This document shows, one piece after another, positions 8,973 through 14,324 of a DNA stretch of 24,634 bases. Source of the stretch: a virus. Lineage: Duplodnaviria; Caudoviricetes. The DNA lies in IMG/VR virus record IMGVR_UViG_3300035666_000153, positions 1 to 24,634 of that record; one strand, written 5' to 3'. The translations under genes were made by a program, and so were the position numbers. The stretch's first letter is position 1; every line of letters begins with the position of its first letter. A model generated the notes under the pieces. The model searched no databases, was not told the origin of the DNA, and was given only the letters and a program-made list of their open reading frames with translations.

Positions 8973-9044
8973 GGTGATGTAGCTGAGATGGATTAGCGTA
9001 AGTTTGAAAAACTTAAGAGAGAAGATCGTTACTTCTCATTACCA
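8973..9044 (+). tRNA. tRNA-Phe(GAA)
   Basis: GGTGATG/CATTACC acceptor; TAAGT-TTGAAAA-ACTTA; atypical T-loop ATCGTTA. Confidence 0.88.
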
Positions 9045-9062
9045 CATGAAAAAACAATAGAA

Positions 9063-9182
9063 ATGAAACGAATACTGGTAAAAATAGTAAAAAATATTCT
9101 TATTGGAAAAAGAAATCAACGTCTTAATCCAATTACATTTAAGATTGCAAATTTTATTTGTTTAAGAATACCAAATATCTAA
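9063..9182 (+). CDS. small basic hypothetical protein (39 aa)
   Basis: MKRILVKIVKNILIGKRNQRLNPITFKIANFICLRIPNI*. Confidence 0.4.
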   Translation: MKRILVKIVKNILIGKRNQRLNPITFKIANFICLRIPNI

Positions 9183-9212
9183 AAATGAAACGAAAACGAA
9201 AACATATTAATT

Positions 9213-9286
9213 ACCTCCATAGCTCAATTGGCTAGAGTAGCTGACTCTTAATCAGTGGGTTCCGAGTTCGAGTCTCGGTGGGGGTA
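9213..9286 (+). tRNA. tRNA-Lys(CTT)
   Basis: cloverleaf; GCTGA-CTCTTAA-TCAGT. Confidence 0.95.
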
Positions 9287-9298
9287 CTAAAAGTAGAT

Positions 9299-9371
9299 AC
9301 CCTCGTAGCTCAACTGGTAGAGTACGTGACTTTTAATCATGGGGTTGTGAGTTCGAATCTCACCGGGGGTA
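9299..9371 (+). tRNA. tRNA-Lys(TTT)
   Basis: cloverleaf; CGTGA-CTTTTAA-TCATG. Confidence 0.95.
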
Positions 9372-9444
9372 CATAATAAATAAAATAAAACTAAATTAAA
9401 ATGAAAAAAATATTTGATGCCTTGTAAGACTAAAACCCTTACAA

Positions 9445-9756
9445 ATGAAATCTATTCAAGAGTATACCACTACTGTAAACAGAAGTGTTTATAACAAGGT
9501 ACACAAAGAAAGACACGCTCGTTGCTCATATTGCAAATGGCATGGTCCACATTCAGAGAATGATAGTTGGAAATGTTATTACAAAAGTGACTACAACGGC
9601 AAAGCTAAAGAAAAATATCCTAATTGGAAATTAGTTTCTAAAAATAAAAAACAGTGGATGAAAAAAACACTGATTTTTGAAAATGTTACAAATTCCCATG
9701 GTCGTTGGACTTACTGGATTAACATTAAATGGCATAATAAAATTAGGCCAAAATAG
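9445..9756 (+). CDS. basic CxxC protein with YPNWKLVSKNKKQW motif
   Basis: 103 aa; CSYC; preceded by an 8-codon uORF and a hairpin. Confidence 0.75.
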   Translation: MKSIQEYTTTVNRSVYNKVHKERHARCSYCKWHGPHSENDSWKCYYKSDYNGKAKEKYPNWKLVSKNKKQWMKKTLIFENVTNSHGRWTYWINIKWHNKIRPK

Positions 9757-9783
9757 ATCATTGACATATTGGTATTAAACACA

Positions 9784-9854
9784 TCCGGCTTGGTGCAATG
9801 GCAGCATGATAGTCTCCAAAACTATTGATATCAGTTCGAATCTGATAGCCGGTG
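9784..9854 (+). tRNA. tRNA-Trp(CCA)
   Basis: ATAGT-CTCCAAA-ACTAT; ATCAG-TTCGAAT-CTGAT. Confidence 0.92.
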
Positions 9855-9859
9855 CAATT

Positions 9860-9932
9860 GCTCTCGTAGTTCAATGGATTAGAATAGGTGACTACGGATC
9901 ATCTGATAAGCGTTCGAATCGCTTCGAGAGTA
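9860..9932 (+). tRNA. tRNA-Arg(ACG)
   Basis: GGTGA-CTACGGA-TCATC. Confidence 0.92.
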
Positions 9933-9939
9933 CGAATAA

Positions 9940-10009
9940 GGTCGAGTTGGTCGTGGCGGCCGGTAGATCTGCAAAATCTATGGCGTGAGTTCAATTCTCA
10001 CCTTGACCT
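9940..10009 (+). tRNA. tRNA-Cys(GCA)
   Basis: TAGAT-CTGCAAA-ATCTA; U73; short D loop. Confidence 0.88.
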
Positions 10010-10043
10010 CTTAATTATCGAGAAGTAGTACAATGGTTAATAT

Positions 10044-10119
10044 CTGGATATGGCCGAGTTGGTGAGGCACTAGTTTTGGGAACTAGACCAGGCAGGATCG
10101 ACACCTGCTATCCAGACCA
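10044..10119 (+). tRNA. tRNA-Pro(TGG), encoded CCA
   Basis: CTGGATA/TATCCAG; CTAGT-TTTGGGA-ACTAG. Confidence 0.92.
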
Positions 10120-10139
10120 AGGTTCGAATTTTTATAAAT

Positions 10140-10212
10140 GGGCTGTTGGTATAGTTGGCTAACACACTTGCCTTGCACGCAGGAGTCGGGGATTCGAGTT
10201 CCCCACGGTCCA
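10140..10212 (+). tRNA. tRNA-Ala(TGC)
   Basis: G3:U70; CTTGC-CTTGCAC-GCAGG. Confidence 0.94.
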
Positions 10213-10220
10213 CGCCGGTA

Positions 10221-10293
10221 AATTGTAAGTAGGTTTCCATATAAACTAACTTTCAGGTTTGAGTCGCAGCTGTACCTTAAACAGCTGACAATT
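10221..10293 (+). ncRNA. unknown multibranched small RNA
   Basis: AATTGT/ACAATT closing stem; CAGCTGT-ACCTTAA-ACAGCTG hairpin. Confidence 0.45.
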
Positions 10294-10365
10294 AGAAGAT
10301 TAGCTCAGAGGCAGAGCATCGCCCTTACATGGCGAGGGTCGGGATTTCAAAATTCCCATCTTCTA
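10294..10365 (+). tRNA. tRNA-Val(TAC)
   Basis: TCGCC-CTTACAT-GGCGA. Confidence 0.92.
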
Positions 10366-10373
10366 CAACAATT

Positions 10374-10445
10374 GCGGGTATAGCACAACGGTTAGTGCTC
10401 TAGTTTTCCAAACTCGAGATGTCAGTTCGATTCTGACTACCTGCC
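10374..10445 (+). tRNA. tRNA-Gly(TCC)
   Basis: GCGGGTA/TACCTGC; loop TTTCCAA. Confidence 0.9.
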
Positions 10446-10455
10446 ACTTAACTTT

Positions 10456-10528
10456 TAACTACGATGGGCTAATATGAGGGTTCAAATCCCGCCGTTCCCA
10501 CTAACGAAGGATTGGTTTAGCGTAGTTT
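10456..10528 (+). ncRNA. unknown RNA with internal T-loop
   Basis: AACTACG/CGTAGTT closing stem; GGG-TTCAAAT-CCC. Confidence 0.45.
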
Positions 10529-10533
10529 TAAAC

Positions 10534-10557
10534 TGCTACATAGTGTAATGGTAACAT
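10534..10557 (+). pseudogene. 5' remnant of a disrupted tRNA (Gln-like)
   Basis: TGCTACA-TA-GTGT-AATGGTA-ACAT; acceptor partner TGTAGCA at 11333-11339. Confidence 0.75.
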
Positions 10558-10580
10558 ATTTATATAAAAAATAGACTTAT

Positions 10581-11243
10581 ATGCACTTTATAATATATCG
10601 CATCACTAATATTATAACTGGAACTTTTTATATTGGAGTGCACAAAACTAAAAATATAAATGATACGTATTTAGGCTCTGGTACTCTTATAAGAAAGGCA
10701 ATAAGAGAATATGGTAAAGAAAATTTTACTAAAGAAATTTTAGAAGAATTACAAAGTGAAGAAGAAATGTTAAAGAGAGAAGAAGAAATTGTCACTAAAG
10801 AATTTATACAAAATAATGATGTTTATAATATTATGGTAGGCGGAGGATATGGTAGTAGAGAAAAAAATGGTCTAACTTTTATTAATAAGAAACATAGTAA
10901 AGAATCAAGAAAAAAAATACAAGAAAAGCGCAAAGGAAAAAAGCTCAGCGAACAAGTTAAATTAAAAATGTCTAAAAATCATTTTTCTAAAAAAGATCAA
11001 GAAGCACATAGGGAAATAGCAAAAAAGGCCTCAAGATCTAGAAAGAATATTAAAGACGGTCTTTCTGCAGAAACAAAAGAGAAGATAAGAAATGCTATAC
11101 TTATTAAGACAAGAAAAGCTGATTATATATCTCACAATAAAGGTTTAAAAAGAGAAAAAATAAAGTGTCCTTTTTGTAATAAAGAAGGATCGATGAATAC
11201 TATGAAAAGGTGGCATTTCAATAATTGTAAAATTGTCCCGTAG
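10581..11243 (+). CDS. GIY-YIG homing endonuclease (Seg-like) with NUMOD3 repeats and C-terminal Zn finger
   Basis: IIYRITN...FYIGVH...YLGSG...YNI; KKHSKESRKKI; CPFC...WHFNNCK. Confidence 0.92.
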   Translation: MHFIIYRITNIITGTFYIGVHKTKNINDTYLGSGTLIRKAIREYGKENFTKEILEELQSEEEMLKREEEIVTKEFIQNNDVYNIMVGGGYGSREKNGLTFINKKHSKESRKKIQEKRKGKKLSEQVKLKMSKNHFSKKDQEAHREIAKKASRSRKNIKDGLSAETKEKIRNAILIKTRKADYISHNKGLKREKIKCPFCNKEGSMNTMKRWHFNNCKIVP

Positions 11244-11308
11244 TAGAACGGTTATTATGCCAGATTTTGGCTCTGGAGATGAAGGTTCGATTCCTTCCGG
11301 GACAACCA
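11234..11308 (+). tRNA. tRNA-Gln(TTG), encoded CCA; overlaps the endonuclease stop codon
   Basis: TGTCCCG/CGGGACA; CCAGA-TTTTGGC-TCTGG. Confidence 0.93.
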
Positions 11309-11320
11309 TATCTATATTAA

Positions 11321-11340
11321 TTCGACCCCTTCTGTAGCAT
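11321..11340 (+). pseudogene. 3' remnant of the disrupted tRNA
   Basis: TTCGACC-CCTTC-TGTAGCA-T. Confidence 0.7.
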
Positions 11341-11349
11341 CAATAAATT

Positions 11350-11433
11350 GGAGAGTCCTAAAGGAGTAGTTAGCTGTCTTGAAAACAGTGAAGTCGGTAA
11401 CACGGCGTGGGGGTTCGAGTCCGTCACTCTCCG
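11350..11433 (+). tRNA. tRNA-Ser(TGA)
   Basis: GGAGAGT/ACTCTCC; GCTGT-CTTGAAA-ACAGT; long variable arm; atypical D arm. Confidence 0.88.
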
Positions 11434-11435
11434 CT

Positions 11436-11515
11436 AAATCTCTGGGTGACTAAAAGACGTACCTGACTTTTAACCGCCGAACCTGGGACCGGTAGGGGTA
11501 GCACATAGGAGATTT
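11436..11515 (+). ncRNA. unknown structured RNA
   Basis: AAATCTC/GAGATTT closing stem; TAAAAG...CTTTTA internal hairpin. Confidence 0.45.
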
Positions 11516-11523
11516 TTTTACAT

Positions 11524-11595
11524 GGGTCTATAAGCTTTAAGGTGAAGCGTAAGTTTGTGGCACTTAAGAACTCGGTTCGATACCGTGATAGACCC
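11524..11595 (+). tRNA. tRNA-His(GTG)
   Basis: G-1:C73; TAAGT-TTGTGGC-ACTTA. Confidence 0.93.
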
Positions 11596-11596
11596 C

Positions 11597-11697
11597 AAAA
11601 ATATGTGTGCTGGTGCTGCCGACGGGCGCGTTGATAGTTCGATTCTATCTAATAATCTGGTGAACGAAATGGTTCGATTCCATTAACATATATTTTT
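11597..11697 (+). ncRNA. unknown RNA with two T arms
   Basis: AAAATATGTGT/ACATATATTTT closing stem; GATAG-TTCGATT-CTATC and AATGG-TTCGATT-CCATT. Confidence 0.6.
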
Positions 11698-11702
11698 ATT
11701 CT

Positions 11703-11788
11703 GGAGAGTAAAACAGTGAGGTTGCTGTCACCGCCTGCTAAGCGTGTGGTACCCTAAAAAGGTATTTGCTTCGATGCAATGCTCTCCG
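11703..11788 (+). tRNA. tRNA-Ser(GCT)
   Basis: GGAGAGT/GCTCTCC; loop CTGCTAA; long variable arm. Confidence 0.85.
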
Positions 11789-11792
11789 CAAA

Positions 11793-11846
11793 CCCAGTAT
11801 GACGCACATCTTGGTCCGAGTGTGATGGAAAGCTGGTATCGGACCC
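11793..11846 (+). ncRNA. small pseudoknotted RNA
   Basis: CCAG/CTGG and CACAT/GTGTG stems; loop GGTCCGA pairs with 3' TCGGACC. Confidence 0.5.
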
Positions 11847-11850
11847 TATT

Positions 11851-11923
11851 GCTTACTTAGCTCAATGGTCAGAGCATCCGCCTGATACGCGGAAGGTTGG
11901 AAGTTCGAGTCATCCAGTAAGCA
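11851..11923 (+). tRNA. tRNA-Ile(GAT)
   Basis: TCCGC-CTGATAC-GCGGA. Confidence 0.93.
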
Positions 11924-11929
11924 CAATAC

Positions 11930-12001
11930 GCTTTCGTAGCTCAGAGGCAGAGCAGGAACCTGTTAAGTTCAAGGTCGAGATATCGTAATTCTCCGAAAGC
12001 G
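11930..12001 (+). tRNA. tRNA-Asn(GTT)
   Basis: loop CTGTTAA; G73; atypical T-loop ATCGTAA. Confidence 0.9.
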
Positions 12002-12008
12002 CAAACAA

Positions 12009-12090
12009 GCCGACGTCGCATAGTGGCAATTGCAAGGGACTGTAAATCCCTCCTCGTAAGAGTTCGTAGGTTCGAGTCCTACCGGCGGCA
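12009..12090 (+). tRNA. tRNA-Tyr(GTA)
   Basis: AGGGA-CTGTAAA-TCCCT; variable arm. Confidence 0.94.
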
Positions 12091-12104
12091 CAGAAAATAT
12101 ATAG

Positions 12105-12140
12105 TACGTATAGTCAATTTTATAGATTATATTTACTATA
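12105..12140 (+). promoter_or_regulatory. putative internal promoter in the tRNA array
   Basis: TATATTTACTATA identical to the core of P2 (7795-7807). Confidence 0.45.
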
Positions 12141-12152
12141 CAATAAACAAAT

Positions 12153-12224
12153 GCTCCTGTCATCTAATGGTTAGGATGTCAGATTTTCGATCTGAAAATG
12201 CGAGTTCGATTCTCGTCGGGAGTA
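12153..12224 (+). tRNA. tRNA-Glu(TTC)
   Basis: TCAGA-TTTTCGA-TCTGA. Confidence 0.93.
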
Positions 12225-12229
12225 CAATC

Positions 12230-12303
12230 GGTCTATTGGTGTAATGGTTAACATGTCTCACTGTCTATGAGAAGACGTCTCGGTTCGAGTCCGTGATAGA
12301 CCG
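12230..12303 (+). tRNA. tRNA-Asp(GTC)
   Basis: TCTCA-CTGTCTA-TGAGA; G73. Confidence 0.92.
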
Positions 12304-12305
12304 CT

Positions 12306-12374
12306 AAAAACTACCTGCTAGTTCAACCAGCGCATGACGTGGAGGTGACTACAGTGGAGAGTAGGTAGTATTTT
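12306..12374 (+). ncRNA. unknown small RNA
   Basis: ACTACCTGCT/AGTAGGTAGT 10-bp closing stem. Confidence 0.45.
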
Positions 12375-12377
12375 AAT

Positions 12378-12463
12378 ACCCTCATGGTGGAATTGGGAGT
12401 CACGCTTGGCTTAAGATCAAGTGGGCCGTAAGGTCCGTGTCAGTTCGAGTCTGACTGGGGGTA
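12378..12463 (+). tRNA. tRNA-Leu(TAA)
   Basis: CTTGG-CTTAAGA-TCAAG; long variable arm. Confidence 0.93.
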
Positions 12464-12518
12464 CAAAAAAAGATAGACACGTTGGAGTGTTTTTCTTAAA
12501 TGTCTCATATTTATTAGT

Positions 12519-12959
12519 ATGAAACAAATAGATGAAAAACATTTTAGACAAGTTTGTCAAGAATCTAATTCTATGGCAGAAGCTGCAGTTAAATTAGATT
12601 TACATTTTAATACCTTTAAAAGGTACGCAATTAAATTTGATTGTTATATGACAAATCAATCAGGAAAGGGAATGACAAAAATCGTTCCACCTAAAATTGA
12701 TTTACAAGAAATTTTGGAAGGTAAACATCCACATTTTCAAACGTTCAAATTGAAAAATAGATTATTAAAAGAAAAAATAATCGAAAATAAATGTTCTGTG
12801 TGTGATATTGAAGAATGGAATGGTAAGAAATTAAATATGGAATTAGACCATATTGATGGGAATAGGACCAATCATAAATTGGAAAATTTAAGAATATTAT
12901 GTCCTAATTGTCATTCACAAACTGATACATATCGAGCAAAGAATATAAAAAGAATATAA
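12519..12959 (+). CDS. HNH homing endonuclease with N-terminal HTH
   Basis: CSVC...ELDHIDGNRTNHKLENLRILCPNCHSQT. Confidence 0.93.
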   Translation: MKQIDEKHFRQVCQESNSMAEAAVKLDLHFNTFKRYAIKFDCYMTNQSGKGMTKIVPPKIDLQEILEGKHPHFQTFKLKNRLLKEKIIENKCSVCDIEEWNGKKLNMELDHIDGNRTNHKLENLRILCPNCHSQTDTYRAKNIKRI

Positions 12960-12962
12960 TTT

Positions 12963-13035
12963 AGTGGTGTGGCGCAATGGTTAGCGCAAGATGCTTATAC
13001 CATCGAGGTTACGAGTTCGAGTCTCGTCATCACTA
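12963..13035 (+). tRNA. tRNA-Ile(TAT)
   Basis: AGTGGTG/CATCACT; GATG-CTTATAC-CATC. Confidence 0.9.
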
Positions 13036-13082
13036 CCGGGTCACTTTTTGTACCTTGAACATATTTATAATAAATAATAGAT

Positions 13083-13709
13083 ATGCCAAGGCAAAAACAC
13101 AAGTACCATTTCATTTACAAGACAACAAATCTTAATAATGGAAAGTACTACATAGGAATGCATTCGACTTCTAATTTTAATGATGGTTATTTAGGAAGCG
13201 GAGACAAACTTAGAAGATCTATAAGAAAATATGGTAGAGAGAATTTTAAATTAGAGATCTTAGAATTATTTAACGATAGAGAATCGTTAGCTAAAAGAGA
13301 AAGAGAATTGGTGAATGAAGGTTTACTAAAAGACCCGATGTGTATGAATTTGGCTCCCGGCGGAGTAGGTGGTATTTTTAATGAAGATCATCATGAAAAA
13401 ATGAAAAAAGGTGCTTCTAAGCGACTTAAATTAATGTGGAAATCTAAAGATTATAGAGATAAGTTTGTAGTACTAGGATCTCAGACATTTAAAAGATTAC
13501 ATAAAGAGGGTAAAATTAAATATGATACGTTCACTAATAAGACCCATTCAGAAGAAACAAAAACAAAAATAGGTAACGCAAATGCATTAAAACAAAGTGG
13601 ATCATCTAACTCTCAACATGGAACGATGTGGATCACAAATGGAGTTGAGGATCAAAAAATAAAAAAAGATTCTAAAATACCAGAAAATTGGTATAAAGGA
13701 AGAAATTAA
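13083..13709 (+). CDS. GIY-YIG homing endonuclease (Seg-like) with NUMOD3
   Basis: FIYKTTN...YYIGMH...GYLGSG; KTHSEETKTKI; WITNG. Confidence 0.92.
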   Translation: MPRQKHKYHFIYKTTNLNNGKYYIGMHSTSNFNDGYLGSGDKLRRSIRKYGRENFKLEILELFNDRESLAKRERELVNEGLLKDPMCMNLAPGGVGGIFNEDHHEKMKKGASKRLKLMWKSKDYRDKFVVLGSQTFKRLHKEGKIKYDTFTNKTHSEETKTKIGNANALKQSGSSNSQHGTMWITNGVEDQKIKKDSKIPENWYKGRN

Positions 13710-13714
13710 TACAT

Positions 13715-13788
13715 TGCGGGGTAGAGAAGTGGTCATCTCGTGACTCTCATAAGGTCAAAATCGCTAGTTCGAATCTAGCCCACCGCAA
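13715..13788 (+). tRNA. tRNA-Met(CAT), initiator-like
   Basis: TGCGGGG acceptor, GAG/CTC D stem, loop CTCATAA; lacks the three G:C anticodon-stem pairs. Confidence 0.85.
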
Positions 13789-13790
13789 CA

Positions 13791-13924
13791 AAACACTGAC
13801 TGACTCTCAGGCTGGTTGTCGACAAACCGAATGAGAAAAAAGCAGTAGCACCCTCGGCCGATGCATCGTAAAACTTCAATAAAGCCGTTAAGATTGGGAC
13901 GAGACGGGTATCCCAACAGTGTTT
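13791..13924 (+). ncRNA. unknown structured RNA (~135 nt)
   Basis: AAACACTG/CAGTGTTT closing stem; ACTG-ACTCTCA...TGAGA...CAGT and TTGGGA...TCCCAA arms. Confidence 0.55.
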
Positions 13925-13929
13925 AATTT

Positions 13930-14001
13930 GGCACTATAGCTCAAAGGCAGAGCGCCTCATTCATATCGAGGAAGTTGAGATCTCAGAATTCTCTAGTGCT
14001 A
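13930..14001 (+). tRNA. tRNA-Met(CAT), elongator (or Ile2)
   Basis: GGCACTA/TAGTGCT; loop TTCATAT. Confidence 0.85.
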
Positions 14002-14006
14002 CACAA

Positions 14007-14080
14007 GGTCGATTAGTTCAGCTGGTCTAGAACACTTGATTTGTAATCATGAAACCTCGGTTCGAATCCGAGATCGACCT
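14007..14080 (+). tRNA. tRNA-Thr(TGT)
   Basis: loop TTTGTAA; CTCGG-TTCGAAT-CCGAG. Confidence 0.92.
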
Positions 14081-14082
14081 CA

Positions 14083-14244
14083 AAAATAGGAGGAGGTGGG
14101 CTTGGAAGTAGCCATCCTTTAAAGAGTTGTCCCCCCTGTGGGAGCGTACGGACAAAAAGTCAATATCCTAGGAAATCGTTATGGGATATCGCACGTAGGT
14201 CGTAACGAGCCTCGTATCTTGGTGTAACAACACACTCCTATTTT
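14083..14244 (+). ncRNA. 23S rRNA H43-H44 (L11-binding, GTPase-associated centre) mimic RNA with ~90-nt insert
   Basis: AGGAGGTGGGCTTGGAAGTAGCCATCCTTTAAAGAG...GTGTAACAACACACT matches 23S ~1051-1108; closed by AAAATAGGAG/CTCCTATTTT. Confidence 0.8.
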
Positions 14245-14247
14245 AAT

Positions 14248-14320
14248 GCGGAAGTAGCTCAATCGGTAGAGCGTTACTTTGCCAAAGTAGAGGTTGCCGA
14301 ATCGTACTCGGTCTTCCGCT
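14248..14320 (+). tRNA. tRNA-Gly(GCC)
   Basis: GCGGAAG/CTTCCGC, U73; loop TTGCCAA. Confidence 0.92.
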
Positions 14321-14324
14321 CGAT

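Noticed and set aside
10558-13714. Group I/II introns hosting the endonucleases
   Set aside because: The ORFs fill the gaps almost entirely, leaving no room for an intron core; they are free-standing.
14083-14244. A genuine 23S rRNA gene or host contamination
   Set aside because: Only ~55 nt are similar, split by an insert and closed by their own stem, with no flanking rRNA sequence.
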